From an uncultured bacterium (GTDB lineage Bacteria > Patescibacteriota > Minisyncoccia > UBA6257 > GWB1-50-10): 64,000 nt of DNA. Each line of letters starts with the position of its first letter. Positions within the stretch are counted from its first letter, which is position 1. The DNA lies in NCBI GenBank assembly GCA_963722655.1, contig CAVRNT010000002.1:138520-202519 (forward strand), given 5' to 3'. The position numbers were made by a program, and so were the translations under genes. Below the pieces are notes generated by a model. That model searched no databases. It was given only the letters and a program-made list of their open reading frames with translations, and had not been told where the DNA came from. Shown in pieces: positions 44,478 through 58,239 of this stretch.

Positions 44478-45334
44478 AGACCGTTCTTGCTTACGTTCCC
44501 GTACTGCACCGCGGCTACGTCGATTTCTTCAAGCGTCATGGCGGGCCGAAAAGCGCTTTGTATATTTTCGGACGAGAATTGATAGAGAGATTCGATTTCT
44601 TCCGAAAGGACATCAGAGCGCTTGACCCGCACGAAGCCGCCAAGACGATCAAGGCCCTCGACCTGTTCGGTAGCGTGATGATCACCGATGATTCTTCTCT
44701 TGAACTTCTATCTATGACGAAACGCAGCTTGATCATGCCAGACGAGGATGTTTCCCGAGCCATCGCGCAGGAAAGCCTCGCCGGATGCGGTGTTACTTTC
44801 GACGCCGTTTTCCTCCGATGGGACTCAAAAAGTTCCGTCCGGAAATGCGACGTGAAAGCGGACCGGACCGTCTCGCGGGAGGCCTGTGCAACAATGATGA
44901 TGCGGGCCGCTCAAAAAGAAGGCGAGAAAAGTTCGGATTGGTGGCGGCATGTCGGCGCAATCGTGGCACGCGGCGAAGAAACGATATTGGTCGCTTATAA
45001 CCACCACGTTCCATCCCCCCACATGCCCTACGCTTTCGGCGACCCGCGGAGCTACTTCAAAAAAAGTATCAACATCGAGATATCGACGGCTTTCCACGCA
45101 GAAGCTTCAGCTATCGCCTCCGCCGCCGCAAACGGCATCAATTTATCCTCGGCCGACATTTACACCACGACGTTCCCCTGTCCGCCTTGCGCCAAGCTCA
45201 TCGCCTACAGCGGCATCAAGCGATTGCTCTTTAAAGACGGCTATTCCATGCTGGATGCCCAAGATATTCTGCGTTCCAAGGGTATTGAGATCGTTCGCGT
45301 CACGGATTTAGAAAAAAACGCCCCGCTTCCATAA
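44474..45334 (+). CDS. dCMP/cytidine deaminase-family protein with a roughly 130-aa N-terminal extension
   Basis: The C-terminal half carries the zinc-binding HAE (FHAEASAI) and PCxxC (PCPPCAKLI) motifs. The N-terminal domain has no recognised family. Confidence 0.65.
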   Translation: MKTVLAYVPVLHRGYVDFFKRHGGPKSALYIFGRELIERFDFFRKDIRALDPHEAAKTIKALDLFGSVMITDDSSLELLSMTKRSLIMPDEDVSRAIAQESLAGCGVTFDAVFLRWDSKSSVRKCDVKADRTVSREACATMMMRAAQKEGEKSSDWWRHVGAIVARGEETILVAYNHHVPSPHMPYAFGDPRSYFKKSINIEISTAFHAEASAIASAAANGINLSSADIYTTTFPCPPCAKLIAYSGIKRLLFKDGYSMLDAQDILRSKGIEIVRVTDLEKNAPLP

Positions 45335-45354
45335 TACCGGAAACGGGGCTTTTA

Positions 45355-46323
45355 TTAACCTATTTTTTCTTCTTTTTTCTTCGCGCTCATCCTGAATTTT
45401 AGGTCAGCGAACTCCAGATCGTTTGGATTGTACGGCACTAGAACGTGAACATGCAGGTGAGAAACGGTGCCGCCGTTAAATTTTGCGTCACCGAAACGGA
45501 TTCCGACGCCCCCGCTCTCAATGTTGTATTCTTTTTCTAGCCAGCCTACCATCTCGATCATTTCAGCTCCAGCGAGAGGATTTAATTCTGACATTCGTTC
45601 GGCATGATCCAAAGAAATCAAGAGAAAGCTGCGTTTAGCATTCTCATACCTCCATTGGTTCTCTGTCACAATCCAGAATTTTCCTTCTTTCAGTATCGGC
45701 TTTGAATGCTCTTTCAACAGATTTTCTTTACAGAATGGACACTCCCCGCGAGCTTGAATACGTTCCAAGGCTTCACGCTGTTCATCAGAACGAGCATTTC
45801 TCAAGACCACGAAAGATTTTCTCTTAAGGTCTTGGAACACGAAAGCATGGTCGTCCACCCCTGGATTAGCGGAGTACCTAGCATCACCGTCTCCCAACCA
45901 TTCTGATTCATCAATTGTCGGAAAGAAAACATCTCCTTCCGGCGCGCATTCAACCAAAGTCTGGTACATTTTATGCGCGTACGGTAGAAATAATGCGTAG
46001 ATTTCTGCTCCACCAATCACAAAAACCTCTGTCTCATTCTGCACGAGATCAATGGCCTCCTGCACAGAGTGGGCAATTTCAAAACCAGGAAGCGAAAGAT
46101 CATGATTGCGTGTCAGGACGATGTTACGCCTTTTCGGCAATGGTTTACCGGTCCGCCGCAAAATCGCTTCCGCGGTCTTCCGCCCCATAATCACAGCATG
46201 GCCTTCAGTTATGGCCTTAAATCGCCTTAAATCGCTCTTCAGATGCCATGGCAGATCTCCGTTTTTACCTATGACCCGGTTTTGGGCCATAGCGACGATG
46301 ATGGATATCATACCGGTGTCCAT
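45355..46323 (-). CDS. folA: Dihydrofolate reductase fused to a C-terminal HIT (histidine triad) domain
   Basis: The N-terminal roughly 160 aa carry the DHFR motifs ISIIVAMAQNRVIGKNGDLPWHLKSDLRRFK...VIMGRKT. The C-terminus carries CPFCKE and the triad GGTVSHLHVHVLVP (HxHxHxx). The ATG overlaps the thyA-like gene by 16 nt. Confidence 0.7.
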   Translation of the reverse strand: MDTGMISIIVAMAQNRVIGKNGDLPWHLKSDLRRFKAITEGHAVIMGRKTAEAILRRTGKPLPKRRNIVLTRNHDLSLPGFEIAHSVQEAIDLVQNETEVFVIGGAEIYALFLPYAHKMYQTLVECAPEGDVFFPTIDESEWLGDGDARYSANPGVDDHAFVFQDLKRKSFVVLRNARSDEQREALERIQARGECPFCKENLLKEHSKPILKEGKFWIVTENQWRYENAKRSFLLISLDHAERMSELNPLAGAEMIEMVGWLEKEYNIESGGVGIRFGDAKFNGGTVSHLHVHVLVPYNPNDLEFADLKFRMSAKKKEEKIG

Positions 46324-47225
46324 ATTCTCCTCCTTTCAAGCTGGGGGTGGTAATCCTTGACCGTGAAATGCTCTGGCCGAAAAGAGAAAATATCGGTGAC
46401 AGACTGATCCAGTTCGACCGTGGAGAATCTCTGTGGCTCGGTTTGGAGCATATCCTTCACATCCTGGACCTGCTTAACGTAGATGTGGGCGTCGATAATG
46501 GCATAGACTAGTTCTTTCGCCCGGTAGCCTGTTACTTGGGCTAGCATCAACGTCAGGGCCGCATATTGAATAATATTGCAAACCAACCCGACCGGTACGT
46601 CAGCACTCCGCTGAAGATGGAATAGGCTGAACTCTTTCTTGTCCGGTATGAGTTCGACATCGAACCAACCATGGCAGGGAGCTACTACAACCTTTTGTTG
46701 TTTACCCTTACCGCGGAAGGTATACTGCGGCACCCAAGGGCTCACGAAGTGGGTCCGCAGGTGAGGCAATTCTTTCATCTGTTCGATCAAATTGGTTATC
46801 TGATCAAATGGTTTCCCTTCCGCAGTCGGAAACCTTCGCCAGGCGGCTCCGTAAGAACCGGGACCGAGGTCGCCGGCCGCAAGGCCGCGCTTAGCGCACT
46901 TTTCCGGCGTCACCCATCTATCCCACCAACTGCAGCCGAATTTAACTAGCTCTTCTTGGGTTTGGGCGCCGTTCAAAAAAGCGGTGATTTCCCCCAATGA
47001 TTGGTTGAATATGGACGACGTCTTCTTGCCGGGCGCGACCAAATCCCTTTCAGTAATGATCGGGAACCCGTTCTCCATGTCGAACCTTATGAGATGACCG
47101 AAGACCTTAAAAGCATCTTCTCCCTGCTGAGGGTGCACGAGCTTTGGGCTTCTCAAGATCCTGCTCAACAGATCACGATACTGGTGGTCTGGGTACCTCA
47201 AATTGAAATCCCTGTAATGTATCAT
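46308..47225 (-). CDS. thyA: Thymidylate synthase (ThyA family, divergent)
   Basis: GDLGPGSYGAAWR, APCHGWF (catalytic Cys), LQRSADVPVGLVCNIIQYAALTLMLAQVTG, DAHIYV. Asn retained in the NIxxY block, consistent with dUMP specificity. AGGAGGT RBS. Confidence 0.7.
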   Translation of the reverse strand: MIHYRDFNLRYPDHQYRDLLSRILRSPKLVHPQQGEDAFKVFGHLIRFDMENGFPIITERDLVAPGKKTSSIFNQSLGEITAFLNGAQTQEELVKFGCSWWDRWVTPEKCAKRGLAAGDLGPGSYGAAWRRFPTAEGKPFDQITNLIEQMKELPHLRTHFVSPWVPQYTFRGKGKQQKVVVAPCHGWFDVELIPDKKEFSLFHLQRSADVPVGLVCNIIQYAALTLMLAQVTGYRAKELVYAIIDAHIYVKQVQDVKDMLQTEPQRFSTVELDQSVTDIFSFRPEHFTVKDYHPQLERRRIWTPV

Positions 47226-47291
47226 TAACTACCTCCTATTTAGTTATGTATTAGCTGGCCTTAATATGCCTCAATGGTGGCATCGGCGTCA

Positions 47292-47319
47292 ATAGAAAAC
47301 CCCGCCGAGAGGCGGGGTT
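47292..47319 (-). terminator. Intrinsic terminator after rplK
   Basis: Minus-strand AACCCCGCC-TCTC-GGCGGGGTT hairpin followed by TTTTCTATT. Confidence 0.55.
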
Positions 47320-47334
47320 CCATTTCCGGATCGG

Positions 47335-47760
47335 TTAATCGACGACCTTTATGCCCATATTGTGAGCCGTGCCTTCGATTATCTTCATCGCGGATTCAAC
47401 GTCGTTCGCGTTCAAATCCACCATCTTCTTCTCGGCGATGGCTTTGAGATCGGCCTTCGTAATCTGGCCGACCACTTTCTTACCGGACTCGCCCGAACCC
47501 TTCTCGACGCCGGCGGCCTTCTTGATAAGGGCCGAGGCGGGCGGGGTTTTGAGCTTGAACTCGAAGGAACGGTCCTCGTAGATCGTGATCTCGGCTGGGA
47601 TCACGTCCCCCTTCATCTCCTTCGTCGCCTCGTTGAACTGCTGGACGAAAGCGCCGATGTTCACGCCGTGCTGGCCCAGAGCCGGGCCGATGGGAGGAGC
47701 CGGGGTCGCCTCGCCAGCTTTGATCTGCAATTTAATAGTCGTTTTTATCGGTTTGGCCAT
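47335..47760 (-). CDS. rplK: 50S ribosomal protein L11
   Basis: [43 protein letters not shown]... Start at the internal ATG (47760). The ORF-track start at 47850 overlaps nusG. Confidence 0.9.
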   Translation of the reverse strand: MAKPIKTTIKLQIKAGEATPAPPIGPALGQHGVNIGAFVQQFNEATKEMKGDVIPAEITIYEDRSFEFKLKTPPASALIKKAAGVEKGSGESGKKVVGQITKADLKAIAEKKMVDLNANDVESAMKIIEGTAHNMGIKVVD

Positions 47761-47767
47761 GATGTTT

Positions 47768-48328
47768 TTATATCTTTCTGACTTGCAATGAATCCAGCTC
47801 GACGAGCGTGTCCCGGCCGAAGATGGGAACGAGCACTTTGACCTTGCCATGCTCTTCGTCCACCTCGGAGACTTTGCCTTCTTGGTCCTTGAACGGACCG
47901 TCCGTTATTTTTACCACCTCGCCTTCCTTCAAGTCAACCTTGAACTTCGGTTCCGCCCCGCCCAGCCGCGCCAAAAGGTCGTCCACCTCAGTCTTCGAAA
48001 GCGGCGTCGGCGTCGCGCTATCCGCCCCGACGAAACCGGTCACCCGCGGGGTGTTCCGGACGACGTACCACGAGTCGTTGTCGAGGATCATCTCCACGAG
48101 GACATAACCCGGGTAGATTTTCTCCTCGGTCTTCAACCGCTTGCCGTTCTTGATCTTGATCTTCGTCTCTTTGGGGACGACGACGCTGAAGATCTTGTCG
48201 GTCATCGAAAGTGATTCCACCCGCTGCTTCAAATAGCGGGCCACCGCGTCCTCGTAGCCCACGTAGGTGTGGATGGCGTACCAGGCGCGGTTCTCGTTCG
48301 TTTTTTTCGCTTCCGATTTTATGAGCAT
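47768..48328 (-). CDS. nusG: Transcription termination/antitermination factor NusG
   Basis: NGN domain ([18 protein letters not shown]) and KOW C-terminus ([22 protein letters not shown]). Start at MLIKSE (48328), 2 nt after the secE stop. Confidence 0.85.
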   Translation of the reverse strand: MLIKSEAKKTNENRAWYAIHTYVGYEDAVARYLKQRVESLSMTDKIFSVVVPKETKIKIKNGKRLKTEEKIYPGYVLVEMILDNDSWYVVRNTPRVTGFVGADSATPTPLSKTEVDDLLARLGGAEPKFKVDLKEGEVVKITDGPFKDQEGKVSEVDEEHGKVKVLVPIFGRDTLVELDSLQVRKI

Positions 48329-48329
48329 T

Positions 48330-48515
48330 TTACAAAACCGTCCTCTGGAGGATCTGGACGAAGATGAAGTCCAGTAGGCCAAGGAAAAGCGAGAGGCCGA
48401 CCGAAAAGATGATCACGAAAACCGTGTAGCGCACCGTCTCTTCGCGGCGCGGCCAGTTGACCCGCTTCAATTCCTCGCGGGACTCCCGGAAAAAGCTCTT
48501 GATCTTTTCGGTCAT
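48330..48515 (-). CDS. secE: Preprotein translocase subunit SecE
   Basis: 61 aa. Single C-terminal TM (RYTVFVIIFSVGLSLFLGLLDFIF) preceded by an amphipathic segment. Canonical position upstream of nusG. Confidence 0.8.
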   Translation of the reverse strand: MTEKIKSFFRESREELKRVNWPRREETVRYTVFVIIFSVGLSLFLGLLDFIFVQILQRTVL

Positions 48516-48594
48516 TGGATTCGGCTAAATTAAAAAGCCCTGAAGGCCTTTAGACCAATCTATCATACTCTGGGGATCTAAGCAACCCTCCGGC

Positions 48595-49200
48595 TTAAAG
48601 TTGGGCATCTTCGCTCGGAGCGGGCTCCGCGCTTTTGATCTCTGGGGGTTGTGGCGCCGGGACGGCGCTGAACTTTTCCGGCTTCACGAGCGCGACCGCA
48701 ATGAGGTAGGAAACGAAGCCGATGACGATACCGCCCAAGATGTCCATCGGATAATGGACGCCCACGAAGATTCGGGCGACGCCGACCAGAGTTGAAAGGA
48801 CGAGGAACCACGTCCCCCACTTTCGATCCAAGGCAAAAAAGAGCGTGAAAGCGATGGCGAAGAAGAAGGTGACGTGACCCGAAGGGAAAGAGGCGCCACT
48901 CTCGCCGATCAAAGGCGTGAAGCCCAGCGTGACGAACGGGCGGGCGATTGGGTAGAGAAAACGGACGGCCTCCGTGATGATGCCGCGCGAAATGAGCGCC
49001 GCGAGAGCGAGTATGAGGAATACGCCGAACTTCCGCTTGGCCGTCTTTTGTTTGAAAATGAAGACCAGAAGCGCCAAGCCGAGAAGGTAAGGCAAATAGA
49101 GCGCGAGGAAGACGCCGAGCGCATCCAGCAGGGGCGCTACCCCTGAAAGACCGTGGATCGCCTTGAAAACGGCGACGTCGAGCGGAAAGGTGTCCAGCAT
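48595..49200 (-). CDS. PAP2-family membrane phosphatase (undecaprenyl-diphosphatase-like)
   Basis: KxxxxxxRP-like (YPIARPF), PSGH (ASFPSGH) and SRxxxxxHxxxD (ARIFVGVHYPMD) acid-phosphatase motifs. Six TMs. Confidence 0.7.
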   Translation of the reverse strand: MLDTFPLDVAVFKAIHGLSGVAPLLDALGVFLALYLPYLLGLALLVFIFKQKTAKRKFGVFLILALAALISRGIITEAVRFLYPIARPFVTLGFTPLIGESGASFPSGHVTFFFAIAFTLFFALDRKWGTWFLVLSTLVGVARIFVGVHYPMDILGGIVIGFVSYLIAVALVKPEKFSAVPAPQPPEIKSAEPAPSEDAQL

Positions 49201-49201
49201 T

Positions 49202-49420
49202 TTAGCGGCGCGTGAAAGGCAAAAGGCCCATCATCCGGGCGCGCTTGATCGCCTTCGCGATCTGGCGCTGGTGTTTAGCACAAAGTCCGGTATGACGCGG
49301 GTCGATAATTTTCCCTTGGCTCGAAACGAACCGTTTCAGGTTTTCGGTCTCCCGGAAATCGATGATCTGGGTGTTTTGCGAGCAGAAAAAGCATTGCTTG
49401 GCTATCTTCATTATTGGCAT
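49202..49420 (-). CDS. rpsR: 30S ribosomal protein S18
   Basis: KQCFFCSQNTQIIDFRETENLKRFVSSQGKIIDPRHTGLCAKHQRQIAKAIKRARMMGLLPF. Confidence 0.8.
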   Translation of the reverse strand: MPIMKIAKQCFFCSQNTQIIDFRETENLKRFVSSQGKIIDPRHTGLCAKHQRQIAKAIKRARMMGLLPFTRR

Positions 49421-49426
49421 TGGTTT

Positions 49427-49873
49427 TTAGAACGGTATCTCTTCCGGTTTGATGTCGTTTTGTTCTTCGAGGTTGATCTCGGGCAATTCTTCCTTGGGTG
49501 CTTCGTCCACGGCCGGTGCGCCGCCCGGACTCGCGCTGCCCCCGGTCGGCCGGGGTCCCAATTGCATCCTTTCGCAGATGATCTCGGTCGTTTTGCGGGT
49601 CTGGCCCTGCTTATCCTGCCAAGAACGCGTCTGGAGCCGACCTTCGACGAAGACGCTGCTGCCCTTCTTGAGGAACTGGTTCGCGATCTCCGCCTGCCGT
49701 CCCCAAACGACGACGTTGTGGAACTCGGCCCGCTTCTGCCTTTGGCCGCTCCGATCGGTGAAGAACGTGTTCGTCGCCACCCCGAACGAGGCGACCGCCT
49801 GCCCCGTGGGCGTCTGCCGCAGTTCCGGATCGCGGGTCAAATTCCCTAAAATGAATACTTTATTGACGTTCAT
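49427..49873 (-). CDS. ssb: Single-stranded DNA-binding protein
   Basis: MNVNKVFILGNLTRDPELRQTPTGQAVASFGVATN OB-fold N-terminus. Disordered Gly/Pro tail ending in an acidic ...EEIPF tip. Confidence 0.85.
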   Translation of the reverse strand: MNVNKVFILGNLTRDPELRQTPTGQAVASFGVATNTFFTDRSGQRQKRAEFHNVVVWGRQAEIANQFLKKGSSVFVEGRLQTRSWQDKQGQTRKTTEIICERMQLGPRPTGGSASPGGAPAVDEAPKEELPEINLEEQNDIKPEEIPF

Positions 49874-49893
49874 CTCCCCTTTATCTTACCACA

Positions 49894-50343
49894 CTACTTG
49901 GAGATTTCTTCGATCTTCTTCTCCAAGGCCTCGTTCGTGAGGACGTCCGGCGCGGGCTTGCTTTCTGTCCGCAGGCGGCGGAAAAATCCCCCCCTTTCGC
50001 GCGCGGCTCCCGCCGCGACGCCACCACCCATATCCGGCGAGATCGCGACCGCAGAGGCCGACCTCTCTTCAGCCAAGGTGACGATGAAACGCAGAACGCC
50101 AAGAGCGAGGTTCAGATCGCCCGTCAGGGCCGAGACGAGCGCGGGATCGAGCGCGAAGACGATCGAACCCATGAAAGCGTTGCTTTCCTTTTTGATCGGA
50201 TAGCTCAAACGGAACTTGGCAAGGTCCCTTTCGGCGATGACCTCCACCCCGTGCTTGCCGAGGACTTTTTTGACGGGCGAGGCGTTCTCGTCCTTGAGCC
50301 AAAAGGTCAGTTCGTATTTTTTCTTCGTTGTTTCTTCGGTCAT
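49894..50343 (-). CDS. rpsF: 30S ribosomal protein S6 (with C-terminal extension)
   Basis: KKYELTFWL...FRLSYPIKKESNAFMGSIVFALDP aligns with S6 (YEIVFMV...QLAYPINK...YVLMNV). Canonical rpsF-ssb-rpsR order. Confidence 0.7.
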   Translation of the reverse strand: MTEETTKKKYELTFWLKDENASPVKKVLGKHGVEVIAERDLAKFRLSYPIKKESNAFMGSIVFALDPALVSALTGDLNLALGVLRFIVTLAEERSASAVAISPDMGGGVAAGAARERGGFFRRLRTESKPAPDVLTNEALEKKIEEISK

Positions 50344-50345
50344 TC

Positions 50346-54086
<3,741 letters not shown>

Positions 54087-57000
54087 ACTCGTACCCGACG
54101 CTGAGTCCCAAGGATTTGAGCTCCGAGACCAAGACGTTGAACGAGGCCGGGATGTTCGGTTTCCGGATCTCCTCGCCGCGGATGATGGATTCGAAGGCCG
54201 CGGAGCGCCCCATCACGTCATCGGACTTAATGGTCAGCATCTCCTGGAGGGTGTGGGCCGCGCCGTACCCTTCGAGGGCCCAGACCTCCATTTCGCCGAA
54301 GCGCTGGCCGCCGAGCTGGGCCTTGCCGCCCAAGGGCTGCTGGGTGATCAAGGAATAAGGACCGGTCGAGCGCACGTGCATCTTGTCCTCGACCAAGTGG
54401 TTCAGTTTCATCATGTAAATGTAGCCCACGGTCACCGGGTCGCGGAACGCCTTGCCGGTCAAACCGTCGTAGACGGTCATTTTGCCGTCCTCGCGATAAC
54501 CCGCCTTCTTGAGCTCCTCTTTGATCTCGTCCTCGGAGGCGCCGACGAAGTTCGGCACGACCGCCCGGTAGCCCATCTTTTTGGCGGCGAGACCGAGATG
54601 GGTCTCAAGGATCTGACCGAGGTTCATGCGGGAAGCGACGCCCAAGGGGTTCAAGACGATGTCCACCGGCGTGCCGTCCTCGAGGTACGGCATATCTTCC
54701 ACTTTGCGGATCTGGGAGATGACACCTTTGTTGCCGTAGCGGCCGGCGAGCTTGTCGCCCGCCCGGACCTTACGGAGCTGGGCCACTTCGACCTGGATCT
54801 TCTTGATAATGCCCGGGTCGAGTTTGTCACCCTTGTCACGGGAGAAGATCTTGATGCCGATGATGCGCCCTTGCTTGCCGTGGGGCAGGATGAGGGAGGA
54901 GTCCTTTACGTCGCGGGCCTTCTCACCGAAGATGGCGCGAAGTAGCCGCTCCTCGGACGTGAGCTCGGACTCTCCTTTGGGCGATATTTTCCCGACCAGA
55001 ATGTCGTTCGCCCTCACCTCGGCACCGATGCGGACGATGCCATCCGCGTCCAAGTTGCGGAGCTTATCCTCGGCCACGTTCGGGATGTCCATCGTCGTCA
55101 TTTCGGGACCGAGCTTCGTCTCGCGGACGAGGCAGGTGAAGGTCTCGATGTAGATCGAGGTGAAGCGGTCCTCGCGGGCGACCCGCTCGGAAAGGATGAT
55201 GGCATCCTCGAAGTTCAAACCGTGCCACGGCAGAAAGGCCACGAGGAGGTTCTGGCCGAGGGCGAGTACGCCGTCCTTCGTCGCTGGACCGTCGGCCAAG
55301 ACCGTCCCTTTCCTCACCTTATCGCCCACCGCGACCGCCGGCCGCTGGGACATACAGGTCGATTGGTTGGAACGCTTGAATTTGTAAATAGGGTAGGATC
55401 GCGCACCGTCCGCGGTCTTGACCGTCACGCCACGGCCGTCGGCCTCCGTGACGACACCCGAAGCGTCGGCGAGGATGACCTGGCCGGAATCCTGGGCGGC
55501 CCGCTCCTCGAGGCCCGTACCGATCAAGGGCTCCTCGGGATTCACGGTCGGCACCGCCTGCCTTTGCATGTTCGAACCCATGAGGACGCGGTTCGCGTCG
55601 CTGTGTTCCAAAAACGGGATGATGCCGGTCGCGACGCTCGTCATCTGGTCGGGCGAAACGTCCATCAGCTCCACTCCCCCCTTGGGGCAGGTGCTCGGTT
55701 TGCCCTTGACCCGCGCGGGCACGACTTCAGGGGAGATGTTGCCGCTCTCCTCAAGCGGCGTGTCGGCCTGAATGATGTTGTACTTTTGCTCCGTGATAGC
55801 GTCGAGCCAGACGACCTCCTTGGTCACGATGCCATTTTTGACTTTGAAATAAGGGGCTTCGAGGAAGCCGAAGTCGTTCACCCGGACGAAGTTCGAAAGA
55901 TAATGGACCAAACCGATGTTCGCGCCTTCCGGTGTCTGAATGGGGCAAAGTCGCCCGTAATAGGACGGATGGACGTCGCGCACTTCGAAGCCGGCCCGTT
56001 CCCGGGTGAGACCGCCCGGTCCCATCGCCGAGAGCCTCCGCTTGTGCTCCAGCTCCGCCAAGGGGTTCACTTGGTCCATGAACTGGGAAAGCTGGGAGGA
56101 AGCGAAGAAATCGCGCACGACGGAGGTGAGGAGCTTGTAATTGATGAGCTGGGCCGGCTGGAGGCCGTGGCGGTCCAAAGTGGACATTCGGTCCTGGACA
56201 CCGCGCCGGAGGCGGGCAAAACCGATGCGCAAGCGCGATTGGACCAGTTCCCCGACCGAGCGGATCCGGCGGTTACCCAAATGGTCGATGTCGTCCGGTT
56301 CGGCCGCCGGGTCGTTGTTCAAACGGACGATCTCCCGCACGGCGGCGAGGAGGTCCTCCAAGTCCAAAAGCCGACTCTCCTTCTTCTTGATATCGAGACG
56401 CTGGTTGAACTTGTACCGGCCGACCGGGCTCAGGTCGTACCGATCGAAACGCGAGAACATCGGCTCGATAAGGAGCTTGGCATTCTCGACGGTCGCGAGG
56501 TCGCCGGGGCGGAGGCGTTTGTAGATTTCGATGAAGGCCTCGTCGGCGGTCTTCGTGTCATCCTTTTTAAGCGTCGCGGGAAGAAACTTAAAATCGCCGG
56601 CATCGACGGCAGCGAACTCTTTGAGGATCGCGTCGTTCTCGGCCAGGCCGAAGAGACGCAAAAGCTGGGTGATCGGCGCCTTACGGCGGCGGTCGATCTT
56701 CACCCCGATGTAACCGTCGGACTCGGTCTCGATCTCGAGCCAAGCACCGCGGTTCGGGATGATCTTCGCGCCGAAAAGCTTCCGGCCGCGGTAGACGTTG
56801 CCGGTGAAATAGATCCCGGGCGAGCGGATGATCTGGGAGATGACGACGCGCTCCACGCCGTTCACGATGAACGTCCCGCGGTCGGTCATGATCGGGAAAT
56901 CGCCCAAGTAGACCTCCTGGGTCTTGGATTCCTTCGTCTCCCGATTCACGAGCTTCACGTTGACGCGCAAGGGCGCCTCGTAGGTCTGGTCCTTCTCGAT

Positions 57001-57219
57001 GGCCTTCTGCTCCGTATACTTCGGCTGGTCGAACTTATAGTCGAGGAAGGAAAGTTCCAGTTCCTTGCCGGTGTGGTCCTTGATCGGCGAGATCTCCTCG
57101 AAAAGCTCTTTGAGACCGGTTTTGACGAACCAGGCATAGGACTTCGTCTGGATCTCCACCAGGTTGGGGGCGGTGTAGACCGGGCCGTTGTATTTTGAGA
57201 AAACTTTCAGCTTCATAAT

Positions 57220-58239
57220 TTAGAAATACCTCGCTTGGTTCTGATTCTGTTCCGTGAGGGTCTTGGCGAAGATCGTCGCTTTGGTCTTCGGGTCGCTCAA
57301 ATAGTAGAGGTAGGCGCTCTTTTCGGGATTCAAGGCGTCGGTTATCGAGGAAAGACCGGGGTTGCCGATCGGCGTCGGCGTCAAACCGGCGTGGAGATAG
57401 GTGTTGTAAGGCGAGGCGATCTTGAAGTCGGGCTTTTCTAGGGTGAGGTCGCCGCAAGTCTGCCAAGCCCCGGCGCATTTGGCGTAAGAGACGGTCGCAT
57501 CCAGTTGGAGCGGCATGCCGAGGGCGATCCGCTTCAAGAGGATACCCGCGACGAGCCGCCGGTCTTCGTCAGCCGCGACCTCCCGCTCCAAGTAGGAGGC
57601 GAGGATGAGCTTTTGGTACCAAGCCTTGTCCCCGGAGAGAACCGGCCAGGCCTTTTCCTCGAAGTTGTCCAAAAATCTCTTCACGACCGCGTCGGGCGTG
57701 GAATCGATCTCGAACTGGTAGGTGTCGGGGAAGAGGAATCCTTCGAGCGAGGTCGCGCCTTGGAGGAAGGGATAGGTCGCCTTGAAGGCGGCGAAGTCGT
57801 AATGCTCCAGCGTGCTTGAAGCGAGAACGTGGGCCGTAGCGAGGGCCGCGTCAACGTCCTTCAAGGTCGTCCCTTCGACGATCGTCACGCCCGTAACGTT
57901 CGCGCCGCCCGAGGTGAAAGCGCCGACGATCTGGGGAACGCTCATCGCGTCCGTGAGGACGTAGGCCCCCGGCTGGAAGCGACCCGCTTTGCCGGTCAAA
58001 AGTGAATAAAGTTTGAACACGGTGATGGATTTGATTAGACCCTCTTGGGAAAGACGGGCGCCGATTTCCCGGAAGCTCTCGCCTTTCGCGATCTCGAAGA
58101 CCGCTGAACCGCTCTTCGCCGCGCTGGGTTGCAAGCCGTAAAAGAAGTACGCCAAAAAGAGGATCAGGACCAAAATTCCTCCCAAGACAACAAGAATGCG
58201 CAGGCTAAGCAGCCCTCTTTGTTCAACGCGAGGATTCAA
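57220..58239 (-). CDS. mltG: Endolytic murein transglycosylase MltG (YceG-like)
   Basis: N-terminal TM, LysM-like segment, catalytic EGFLFPDTY motif. Apparent TTG start (no in-frame ATG retains the TM helix). Confidence 0.8.
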   Translation of the reverse strand: MNPRVEQRGLLSLRILVVLGGILVLILFLAYFFYGLQPSAAKSGSAVFEIAKGESFREIGARLSQEGLIKSITVFKLYSLLTGKAGRFQPGAYVLTDAMSVPQIVGAFTSGGANVTGVTIVEGTTLKDVDAALATAHVLASSTLEHYDFAAFKATYPFLQGATSLEGFLFPDTYQFEIDSTPDAVVKRFLDNFEEKAWPVLSGDKAWYQKLILASYLEREVAADEDRRLVAGILLKRIALGMPLQLDATVSYAKCAGAWQTCGDLTLEKPDFKIASPYNTYLHAGLTPTPIGNPGLSSITDALNPEKSAYLYYLSDPKTKATIFAKTLTEQNQNQARYF

